64,000 nt of DNA. Origin: Octopus vulgaris (lineage: Eukaryota). Under the pieces are notes generated by a model. It saw only the letters and a program-made list of their open reading frames with translations, searched no databases and was not told the origin of the DNA. Numbering within the stretch: position 1 is the stretch's first letter; each line of letters begins with the position of its first letter. The position numbers and the translations under genes were made by a program. Location of the stretch: contig OX597824.1 of NCBI GenBank assembly GCA_951406725.2, positions 40,982,001 through 41,046,000 on the forward strand. The letters run 5' to 3'. Shown here piece after piece: positions 1 through 10,045 of the stretch.

Positions 1-156
1 AAATCAACTGCAGGGCTTTTTTTTTTATCAAAGCCTAGTTCTTATTCTATCGGTCTCATTTGCTGAACTGCTAAGTTACAGGGACATAAGCACACCAACA
101 CTGGTTGTCAAGCTGTGATGTGGGGACTAATACTGACATACAGACATACAAATATA

Positions 157-720
157 TTGGGTCATCCCATAAATAATGTGGTTTTTTTATCAATTGCATT
201 AACTAAAAGTTGGAGGGATCAGGATAAACTACCTGCATCATCTTGCTATAAAAGCAGGTAGTAATTTTAGTGTGAACTTATTTTTAGTGCAAGTTTTGAA
301 GAGTGCAGTTCGATTTTAACGTTTATTTTTTCAAAGCTATAATGGAAGTGGCAAAGGAGCATATTTGGCATGTTTTGTTTTATGAGTTCAATAAAGGCAG
401 GAACACAATGAAAAGTGCAAGGAATGCAGTATATGGGTATTGGACAATAAACATAAGCCTGTGTCAGTGGGGGTTCCAGAAATTCTGAGCTGGAAACTAC
501 AGCCTAGAAGACGAGCCTCATCCTGGAAGATCTGTAGAGCTTGATGAGGACATCCTGCAAACCCTGGTTGAACAAAATCTCATTGTAACTGTTGAGGAAC
601 TATCAGAGAAGCTTGGATTTGGTCATTCAACCATTTAGTGACACCTGCATGCCATTGGAAAAGTCAGCAAATTGGGTTGATGGGTTCCTCACAAACTTTC
701 TGAGTCTAATTGCATGCAGA
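157..720 (+). mobile_element. Truncated mariner transposon (5' half only), a different subfamily from the other two
   Basis: TA followed by TIR-like ttgggtcatcccataaataatg. Decayed transposase N-terminus MEVAKEHIWHVLFYEFNKG...WVPHKLSE with stops and frameshifts. No right TIR. Confidence 0.85.
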
Positions 721-821
721 TGTTTTTAAAAATTTTTTTTGTAGCCCCCTACTGTTAGTGTTTTTGTGTTTTTATATACTTGTGGAAAACAAAATCATCA
801 TTATTATTATTGTTATTAATA

Positions 822-1052
822 AGGTGGTGAGCTGGCAGAATTGTTAGCACACTGGATGACATGCTTAACGATATTTTGCCTGTCGCTATGTTCTGAGTTC
901 AAATTCCACCGAGGTCAACTTTGCCTTTCTTCCTTTCAGAGTTAATAAATTAAGTACCAGTCAAGTACTGGGGTTGATGTGATTGACTGTATCCCTCCCC
1001 ACAAATTCCTGGCCTTGTGCCTATAGTAGAAGGGATTATTATTATTATTATT
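822..1052 (+). mobile_element. tRNA-derived SINE (family B) with (ATT)n tail
   Basis: Head ggtggtgagctggcagaattgttagc...gttctgagttcaaattccaccgaggtcaactttgcctttc, shared with copies at 22430-23095, 26132, 28199 and 54270-54850. Confidence 0.8.
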
Positions 1053-1118
1053 AGTGTTAATGCAAGGAAATTATTAGTGGTAGTAATATTATTAATGTTG
1101 TTTTCTTTTTAATTTCAG

Positions 1119-1243
1119 ATTCATTTTGGCCCATTGTTTGATGGTGCAATAGTCAATTCCAAAGTCCTCCCTTGTCTAGTCCGAGCCACAGCCATCAATG
1201 CGAGCAGAACAAAGCGGGCTCTGATGCCCCTCTACCATTCCCA
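1119..1243 (+). CDS. RALGAPA1: Ral GTPase-activating protein alpha subunit, internal exon (end of RapGAP-type domain)
   Basis: Acceptor ttttctttttaatttcag at 1101-1118. Translates [41 protein letters not shown], matching the recalled RALGAPA motif [34 protein letters not shown]. Ends in phase 2 at CA|GTATCTTTT. The symbol denotes the invertebrate orthologue of RALGAPA1/2. Confidence 0.93.
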
Positions 1244-1621
1244 GTATCTTTTTATTAGCTGTGTTGAAATGCTGTTTTTATCCATTTTCAAATGTAAAAG
1301 ATGAAGAGAATGTCTTCCTCTATCTGCTCCCACATAGTGTAGTTCTTATTTCCAACTTGTCAGTGAAAGCCACTTGCAAATCAAATCTCTTGATTAAATA
1401 GACTGTTCACTTCATCAAATAGACTATTAATGATAGGATATGAACTTCCAATGTTTTTATTGGCTTTCTACTACCTTATTGATTTGGTCATCTTTTTCTT
1501 CTTAAGAACATACAGGGTTTGTGTTTGGCACTCTCAGAGTTAGTAACCATGTCAAGGTGTTCATTTTTACTAGAGGACCAAGAAGAGAACAACATTCTTA
1601 CCAAAATGATCTTGTTGTTTA

Positions 1622-1622
1622 A

Positions 1623-1654
<32 letters not shown>

Positions 1655-1979
1655 TCACTGCCTGGTATTGAACTCGGAATCTTGGGGTTAGTAGCCTGCG
1701 CTCAACCACTATACCACGGCCATATGGCATAGTGGTTAAGAGCGCTTGCTACTAACTCCAAGATTCCAAGTTCAATACTAGGCAGTGACCTGAATAATAA
1801 TGTTATTATTATTAATAATAATAACAACAACAATGGCAACATTGAAAAATACCTTAGGAATGAGAACCCAGGTTCAAAATTTCCCCAAGATACCTGATGA
1901 AGGCTGGAGGGTATATCAGCCGAAATGTTATGTTAACAAACAAGATGAGGACAAATATTCGTCAAATGTAAATACTGTA
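1622..1979. mobile_element. Palindromic tRNA-headed, hammerhead-bearing Penelope-like non-autonomous element (copy 1, left arm truncated)
   Basis: Inverted tRNA-like heads centred at about 1720: A-box TGGCATAGTGG at 1725-1735, its inverse at 1705-1716, and B-box-like agttcaatac. An (AAT)n linker follows, then a body nearly identical to 52575-52725. Confidence 0.8.
1889..1934 (+). ncRNA. Minimal type I hammerhead ribozyme motif (decayed)
   Basis: gatac-CTGATGA-a-GGCTG-gagggtatat-CAGCC-GAAA-tgtt-atgtt. Core boxes CUGAUGA and GAAA flank a 5-bp stem II. Confidence 0.7.
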
Positions 1980-2185
1980 GTTCAGCCATATTTTGTGATT
2001 GAACCAATCAACTGTACAAAACAGATAGCTTTAAGTCAATGTGAGATTCATTATAATAATAGTTTTGCCTTTTGTTCCTCAGAGTACCATCAAGTGTTGA
2101 GATAGATATAATAGTTTAATAATGGAAGGCAAGGTTTATGATATCGGAGGAATATCATCTCCTTCCATCATCTTTTTGTTCTTTA

Positions 2186-2538
2186 TGTAGTTCAGGCTTC
2201 CGGCAGGTGAAGAGAAAAGACTTCAAGTACAACTGCTATTTACAACTGGTTTATTTACAGGAAAGGTAAAGTGTGCTGCTCTCAGCTACCATATTAAGCT
2301 CCGATAGTGCGGGTGCAAATTGCCTCCAGCCAGTGGTATGTTCAGCAAGCGCTGCTGTGTAGTGGCGCCAAAAAGAGATTTGAAGAGGGTTTTCCCTTTA
2401 TATAGTTTCCATCGCAAGCCTCGTTGTGATCTCGCGCATGGCAAATGGATGCAGGTGAGGTCTCGCTCCAGACTCGGAGATGGCAACGGCTGCCGCGAGA
2501 TCTCATCCAATATTGCACTGGCTGCTTATGATGCTACA
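2186..2538 (-). mobile_element. Solo LTR (353 bp)
   Basis: TGTAG...CTACA termini. On the minus strand, TATATAAA (about 2397-2404) lies upstream of AATAAA (about 2250-2255). CpG-rich relative to flanks. No clean TSD seen. Confidence 0.6.
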
Positions 2539-2666
2539 ATAGTGTAAACTATCCCTGCAAAATGTATGGCCTTGTGGCTATATTAAAAATCATCATTATT
2601 AATTATTATTGTTTTTTTTATTCATCATTTCCTCTGAGTTTTCCCTTGACTGCCTTTTTTCCTCAG

Positions 2667-2785
2667 CTATGAAGAACGTGCTAAGTGCCTGGGCAACATC
2701 ATCCAGAAACACATAGAACTGACCATGTTTGAGGACTTTGCTGCTAATGTCTTTGCGCCAGTCTTTCCAGACACATCTGCAACAG
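2667..2785 (+). CDS. RALGAPA1: Ral GTPase-activating protein alpha subunit, C-terminal exon
   Basis: Translates (H)[39 protein letters not shown], matching the recalled [38 protein letters not shown]. Donor G|GTCAGT at 2786 (phase 1). Read-through would give GQSV-stop (TAA 2797-2799). Confidence 0.92.
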
Positions 2786-3059
2786 GTCAGTCAGTGTAAC
2801 AGTTCCCTCCACGTCTGTGCCACCTCATTGCCCAACACTGCTTTATAGAAATAGAAGGCATCAATGTGGTGATGTTGTTAGTGTTGCTGTTTTCTTTTTC
2901 TTTTCTTTTTTATTTTTTATTTCACTTTCACATACATTCACTCTCTCTCTCTCTCTTTATATCACTCACTCATTTATTTATCCATCTCTTTTCCTCATTC
3001 TTTGTCCTTTCTTCATTCTTTCTCTATATTCTTCATACTTTATCCTTCCCCTCATATTT

Positions 3060-3682
3060 TCTCTTCCATCTACTTCTCTCTTCCATATCTACTCTCTCTC
3101 TTCCATATCTATTCTCTTTCTCTTTCATATCTTCTCTCTCTCTCTTTCATATCTTCTCTCTCTCTCTTTCATATCTTTTCTCTCTCTCTTTCATATCTTC
3201 TCTCTCTCTCTCTCTCTTTCATATCTACTCTCTCTCTCTCTTTCATATCTACTCTCTCTCTCTCTTTCATATCTACTCTCTCTCTCTTTCATATCTACTC
3301 TCTCTCTCTCTTTCATATCTACTCTCTCTCTCTTTCATATCTACTCTCTCTCTTTCATATCTTCTCTCTCTCTCTCTTTCATATCTTCTCTCTCTCTCTC
3401 TTTCATATCTTCTCTCTCTCTCTCTTTCATATCTTCTCTCTCTCTTTCATATCTTCTCTCTCTCTCTTTCATATCTTCTCTCTCTTTCATATCTACTCTC
3501 TCTCTCTCTCTCTCTTCCATATCTACTCTCTCTCTCTCTTCCATATCTACTCTCTTTCTCTCTTCCATATCTACTCTCTTTCTCTCTTCCATATCTACTG
3601 TCTTTCTCTCTTCCATATCTACTCTCTCTCTCTCACTCTTCCATATCTACTCTCTCTCTCTCTTCCATATCTACTCTCTCTC
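3060..3682 (+). repeat. Compound minisatellite [TT(T/C)CATATCT(AC/T)(CT)n], more than 20 units
   Basis: Repeated catatct anchors separated by variable (CT)n. Source of the long stop-free ORFs 2817-3983, 2866-3870 and 3002-3733. Confidence 0.95.
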
Positions 3683-3967
3683 ACACTACACACATACACA
3701 CACCCACCCCTTCTCCCACAATCATATTCTTAAATTTCTCCTTCCATTCTCTTTCATTTCCCTTTGTCTGTCTCTCTTTTATCTCTTCCTCTCATCCCCT
3801 ACTCTTGCAAAATATATCTCCAATTCTTTGCTGTTCATTATTCATTATTCATTTTATTTTTTATTTTTAATATTTTTACTTCTATTTATTTTTGTTTTAT
3901 TTATTGTTGTAACCCTCTCCTCATTTAAAATTATTCTTACAAATCTTTCTTTAGTCATAGTATTCTG

Positions 3968-5125
3968 TCAGGTCATCCCATAAGTTCTGTCTGGTTTTAC
4001 ATTTTTAAAAATTAAATGAAATTTAATAGTATTTTAGAATGTCTAATGGAATTAAAAATTATTTTTATGCATTTGTGTACATTCAAAATAATTAAATATT
4101 ATTTTACAGAATAATAGAATTAAAATTTCTTTGATTAAAACCCTTTCTAACATGGAAGTATCCAAAGAGCATTTAAGGCACATAATGCTTTATGAGTACA
4201 AATAAGGAAACTCTGCAGCTGAAGCGACTCGAAACATACACTCAGTTTATGGGAAAGAATGCTTGAATGAAAGAACTTGCAGAAAATGGTTTGCAAAATT
4301 CAGAAGTGAAGATTTCAGCTTTGAAGATGAAGATCGAACAGGATGTCCAGTTGAGTTTGATAAGCTCCTTGAGGCATTATTTGAAGAAAATTCTGCATTG
4401 TCAGATGAAGAATTGGCAATAAAGCTTAGTTCAAACCATACATCTGTTGATCATCATCTTCAACAACCATTTTTGGGTAGACTTGTGATTGGTGATGAAA
4501 AATGGATCTTCTATCGAAATGTTAAATGTCGTAAACAGTGGCTTGGTAAAAGAGAAAAAGCTCAACCACAACCGAGAAGGGAACTTCATGGGAAAAAAGA
4601 TTCTTTTCTCTATCTGGTGGGAATGCAAAGGAGTAATTCACTTTGAATTGTTACCACCTAATGCAGCAATCAGTACTCAAGCATTAGAGTGTTTGAATCA
4701 AGCTTTGAAGAAAAAAAAGATCTGCTTTAGTGAATCGAAAAGGAGTGATATTTCATTAGGGCAATGCGTGACCCCACACTGCAAAGATCACATCACAGTA
4801 GATTGAAGATCTTGGTTGGGAAAAAAATTCCTCATCCACCTTATTCTTCCAACCCTGCTCCTTCAGATTACCATTTGTTTCGTAGTTTACAGAATCATTT
4901 GGGGGACATAACTTTCGCAAGCCAGGAGGAGGCTGAAACTGACATTTCAGAGTTCTTCGCTTTGAAACCAAAAGAGTTTTACATTGATGGGATTAAAAAG
5001 CTTGTAAACAGATGGAAGGAAGTCATAATTAATCAAGGAAAGTACATTGATGATGAAATTTCAATTAAATATAACATTTGTTTTCTTTATTCAAAATTCG
5101 GACAGAAATTTAAGGGATGACCTGA
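3968..5125 (+). mobile_element. Mariner (DD34D) transposon, inactive, internally deleted
   Basis: TIRs tcaggtcatcccataagttctgtc / gacagaaatttaagggatgacctga followed by TA. Transposase fragments GDEKWIFY and HPPYSSNPAPSDYHLFRSLQNHL. About 100 bp including the WVPHEL linker is missing relative to 14090-15377. Confidence 0.95.
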
Positions 5126-5619
5126 TAACATGCTGCTTGTGCAATTTTAACTGTCATGTGCTTATATAAATATACGTGTGTATCAATGGTATTTTTTTCT
5201 ATATTGTGGTGTACTGTGCTACCCTTCTGTATTATGTTGCCCCTCTTTATATTTAAGTGTACTGTCTTACTCCTCTGTTTAATCTCAGTGTATGGTTACT
5301 CCTCTATATATTCTGGTGTACATACTATGTCAGCCCTGCATATACTCTGGAACACTAGTCTTGCATATACTCTGGAATGTTATGTTGGTGTTTATGATAT
5401 CTAATATGTGCATGGGTATATTAAGCCACCACTTGCAAACAAGCATGACTTGGTAGCAAGTACTATATTTTCGCTAGTTTGTTTTAGATATCTATATAGC
5501 TGTAAACAAATATAAACACCTTCTTGGTTCTCCCACTCTAGTTCAAGCAGAATATTGAGAATGTGACGGCTGAAGTGGCAGAGAGCTACCCTATATGTAG
5601 TTGGTTAGTTTTGCTCGTT

Positions 5620-6030
5620 TGTAGCTGAGCAGACTGGAGCAACATGAAATGAAGTGCTTTGCTGAAGGACACGGCACACCATCCAGTGGTTGGAGTATTG
5701 GCCTCATGATCATAACTGGCACTTCATCAGTTACGACAACAAGGGTTCTAGTTGATCCGAACGGAACAGCCTGTTCATGAAATTAAATGTGCAAGTGGCT
5801 GAGCATTCCATAAACATGTGTAGCCTTGACATAGCTCTCAAGGAGATTCAATGAGACACAGTGTGTGTCAAGTCTTGCCCTTTGAAATACAGGTACTACT
5901 CATTTTTGCCAGCTGAGTGAACTGGAGCAGTGTGAAATTGTCTTGCTCAGAGACACAGTGCGTCACTGGGAATTGAACCCATGACCTTACGTTTATAATC
6001 TGAATACCCTAACCACTAAGCTATGCACCT
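5620..6030 (-). mobile_element. tRNA-derived SINE family C (nested/partial copies)
   Basis: Reverse complement of the ggtgcat(a/g)gcttagtggttagggt head and the ...gagcaagacacttcatttcac...ctccagt.cactcagctggcaaaaatgagta core seen at 36688, 55610, 58650, 59580 and 61870. Confidence 0.7.
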
Positions 6031-6089
6031 CATGATCATAAGGTTGTGGGTTATTCACAACCTTATGACAATGAAGCTAACTCCCTAAC

Positions 6090-6132
<43 letters not shown>

Positions 6133-6287
6133 TAATTAAGGGTTAAGCAACAAGTTGCTTCACCACATACCAAAAATTTAGAAATAGTAGCCAAAGACAG
6201 CTCATTCCTTTTTACTACAGATATTATTCCACATATAACAATATTTGTAACTCACATAGGCAAAAAGAATAATAATAATAATGAACT

Positions 6288-7036
6288 TTAGGCCTCACTG
6301 AGGAAATGACCAGCGATAGAGACCTCTGGAAATATGCTGTACGTGAGAAGACCAGGCAGGACAAGTGAGCCCAGCCCACTTATGAATGCCTTTCCTCCCT
6401 TGGACACAAAGACCTGTTGAGGCAAGCGAAGTCAATATAGAACCTCATCCGACGACAGGCACCCATGCCAACCCCCTTTGCTTGCGAAGACATGTTGGGG
6501 CAAGCGAAATCGAAATCGAATTGAACCAGCCAGGATCCCTGGTCTGGTGGTACGTAAAAAGCACTATCCGACTTGTGGCCAATGCCAGTGCCGCCTCCAC
6601 TGGCTTCCGTGCCGGTGGCACGTAAAATACACCAATCCGACCGTACGACAGGCACCCATGCGAACCCCCTTTGCTTGCGAAGACATGTTGGGGCAAGCGA
6701 AATCGAAATCGAATTGAACCAGCCAGGATCCCTGGTCTGGTGGTACGTAAAAAGCACTATCCGACTCGTGGCCGATGCCAGCGCTGCCTCGACTGGCTTC
6801 CGTGCCAGTGGCACATAAAATACACCAATCCGACCGTGGCCGTTGCCAGCCTCGCCTGGCACGTAAAAAGCACCCACTACACTCACGGAGTGGTTGGCGT
6901 TAGGAAGGGCATCCAGCTGTAGAAACATCGCCAGATAAGACTGGAGCCTGGTGCAGCGTTCTGGCTTCCCAGATCTCCGGTCGAACCGTCCAACCCATGC
7001 TAGCATGGAGAACGGACGTTAAATGATGATGATGAT
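6288..7036 (+). mobile_element. RTE-related retroelement 3' portion with internal 193-bp tandem duplication and (GAT)n tail
   Basis: RTE-like C-terminal peptide LGLTEEMTSDRDLWKYAVREKTRQDK* at about 6288-6368. Duplicated units 6453-6645 and 6646-6838. Tail ggacgttaaatgatgatgatg. CpG-rich, suggesting a young copy. Confidence 0.75.
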
Positions 7037-7725
7037 CAGTCATCAACTTTTTTTAATGTTCATTTTTCCAAGCTTTTATGGTTCAGATGGAATTTGTTGT
7101 GGCAGATTCTTTACAGTCAGATGTCCTTCCTGCCACCAACCCTCACCTGTTTCCAAGTCAAGTAATAACTCCCTTGTCTAATGAACAATGAATAGCCTGT
7201 ACATAGATATATGGTGAACAGGGAAACAATGACAGTCTGAATAGGCTTTTTGATTACAAAGACCATACAACATATCAAGACATTTCAAAAAACCTGGACA
7301 TGCTTTTGTAGTTGACCCTCTAGTAAATGACACCTGAGACCACTTGTTGTTTATGGTCAGTGAATTGAAGAAAAATTGTCATAATTTTTATGCCTGCTTT
7401 CCATGCTAGAATGGATTAGATAGGTCAACACGGCATGTGTTTGTTCAAATTTAGAGCTACTACTCTACTGATGTCCTAGCTGGGGGGTCTGAGGGCCATG
7501 TTTTGCCTGTTGGTTCTATTTTTGTCTTGGTATCTTTGACTGGATGGCTTTTGTAGCACCAATCACTTTATAGAGTTATGCTTGGTGTATTTTAATGTAC
7601 TACCAATACTGTCCCATGCAGTATTATAAATACTGTAACAATTAAAAGTATTTTTTACAAGTACTATACAGCAGGGAAACATAGCTTTTTATGTAAGCAA
7701 AATATTTTTCTGGAATTCTGTAGAG

Positions 7726-8008
7726 TATTGGTTCTGAAAGTGGGCAGCACACCCTCCGGTGGCAGTGGAAAGCTCCAGGGGAACATTGAAGAAAACTGGG
7801 GGTGATAATTGGGTGGCCAAAAGGGGGCAATGGATGTAAAATCAGCAAAATAATGGCTTAAGCAGATTAAGATTTATTCATGAAAAGCAGTTGCTTTGAA
7901 TTTGCTGCAGAAAGTGGTCTGTATTTCAGGTGGTGGTGTGTGTATGTGTTGGGCAGGCACTGGGGCAGGAACATGGCCAGGGTGCCTAGAAAAGTTTGGG
8001 AATCACTG
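7726..8008. mobile_element. hAT (Charlie-like) MITE
   Basis: Degenerate TIRs tattggttctgaaag / aaagtttgggaatcactg. 8-bp TSD ctgtagag (7718-7725) / ctgtagat (8009-8016). Confidence 0.7.
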
Positions 8009-9687
8009 CTGTAGATCCTTTGTTATTCTGAGCTATGGTCCCTGTACCCTTTTAAGAATAGTCTTTCTTGTATGTACTTTTCTTTCTGTACATTTGTATT
8101 TACTTTATCTGTTTTTTGTACTTGTATTTGTAACTTGTATATTATGCTCCTTTGTCTAATTTATGTGAATTGTGTCACTACCAAAAGCCTTTGTGTATGT
8201 TAACCCCTGTACACATAAGTGTATTGTGTTACTCCGTGTACATATGCTTAATGCTTATGCCTCAAATTACTTTCTTTAAACTTATATGTATATGAAGTCT
8301 TAACCTATATGTGTGTGAGTGTCTATACATACACACATATTATTATTATATTAACCCTTGCACAATGTATGTTGCATTAATCCCTGTACATATCTGTACC
8401 ATATAATGTATTTTAATATATATGTGTGTAAACCAGTGTAGTGTAGGCTATGATATGTTCCCGTTTATGATTTTCAGTTGGTCCTTTTTTCAGTTTTATT
8501 TCTCAATTGCTGTGTCTTGAGGAGGAGGAAAGGAAGAAGTGATATTGCTCATGGATTATGGGCGGTGCCATTTCTCTCAGATTAAATATGTAGCACAGAG
8601 ACTATACAGTAGTTAAGACTTGTTTTATTTCTTTAAACTAACCAAAGTTGGTCATTGTTGTGGACGGTATATATCCCCTTCCCTTACACCTTATGGTTGT
8701 GACCCAACAATTCTGGTGAATCTTTGGTTTGGGTTGAAATTATTTCCCACATCAGTCACTCGAACATTTGTCTTGTGCATTTTATGATTATCTGCTTCAT
8801 TCTGATCTTAGTGTAGAGGAATCAAACATCATTATCATGTGGTTGGGAAGCAAACTTCTTAGCCATACATCCATTCCTGTGCCTGAATATATAAATATGA
8901 CATGATCTTCATCACTTTTATTATTTTGGAACTAATGTCCACTTAATTCATGCAAGTTCAATCCCTGTGCTCTCCAACAATTTTTAATCAGTTTCCCTGT
9001 ATTTTTTCATTGCTTTTTTTTTTGTTTGAACTTTCTCAGTAAGTGATATCATTTGTTGTTTGTATTTCCCTATTTTTTTACTCTTTAGGAAGATATTAAA
9101 TCCCATTTTTTGGAGAAAAAGAAGGTAGTGTCTTATGATGTTGCTGGATTTTGGTTGTTTTTGTTGATTTTTTCATTATTTTTTCATTCCCTCTTTTTAT
9201 TGCTTCCTCCCATTTTTCAGATCTAAAAAAAAAAAAAAGCGGAATCCTTTATTTTACTTTGTTTCCTTTTTGATCCACACACACAGTAACACATCAATAT
9301 ACAATTATGCACAAAATATATCATGTTGATATACATACATACACATTTAAATGTGGCCTAAAATTTCATCAAAATTACTCTTGAACAAAATTACAGAGAC
9401 TAAAAAATTTAATTATATTACATTAGATAACAGATGAGCACAGCATTTTCTATACACTAGGTTCGAATCCCACTGAGGTCAACTTTGCTTTCATATTTTG
9501 AGGGTCAAAAAAATAAAGCAATATTCTGTGTTCAAATTCCACCTAGGTACACCAAGGACACCTTCACCAATCTGCAGACAAGTCCATAAAACAAGGCCAT
9601 TATCAAATACTTGGTGATAAAATAGAGTTAAAAAAAAAAGTTCCCTCCATTGTTGACAGTTATAATCAGTGTGAACAGTGCAAACAC

Positions 9688-10045
9688 AGGCGCAGGTGTG
9701 ACTGTGTGGTAAGAAGCTTGCTTCCCAACCACATAGTTCCGGGTTCAGTTCCACTGTGTGACAACTTGGGCAAGTGTCTCTTACTATAGCCTCAGCCAAT
9801 CAAATCCTTGTGAGCGGATTCAGTAGATGGAAACTGAAAGAAGCTTGTTTATATATCAGTGTGTCTTTGTGTCTGTCCCCCACCACCACTTGGCAACCGG
9901 TGCTAGTATGTTTACATCTCCATAACTTAGCTGTTTGGCAAAAGAGACCAATAGAATAAGTACTAGGCTTAAGAAAAAAAGCCTGGGGTCGATTTGTTTG
10001 ACTAAAACCCTTCAAGTCAAATAACTGAAATAAGTAAAAAGATCT
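9688..10045 (+). mobile_element. tRNA-derived SINE family A
   Basis: Head ggcgcaggtgtg.ctgtgtggtaagaagcttgcttcccaaccac, core gatttggtagatggaaactgaaagaagc, tail actgaaa.aagtaaaaga. More than ten copies in the window. Confidence 0.85.

Larger units (their letters stand above)
1244..2666 (+). other. U12-type (minor spliceosome) GT-AG intron, phase 2
   Basis: Donor GTATCTTTT (U12 consensus RTATCCTTT, a poor U2 match). Branch site TTCCCTTGAC at 2641-2650 (consensus TTCCTTRAC) with the branch A at 2649, 17 nt before the end of the AG at 2665-2666. Splicing restores PLYHS-H-YEER. Confidence 0.85.

Noticed and set aside
1725-1792. Possible functional tRNA gene (ACT anticodon-like loop)
   Set aside because: No convincing acceptor stem or T-run terminator, and it is embedded in a repeat. 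Treated as a SINE-type head.
2817-3983. Long 388/334/243-aa ORFs in three frames
   Set aside because: They are stop-free only because the CT-rich minisatellite lacks stop codons. They have no coding features.
6380-7006. 208-aa GC-rich ORF with an internal repeat
   Set aside because: Antisense translation of a dispersed repeat containing a tandem duplication. The same sequence recurs at 23108-23438.
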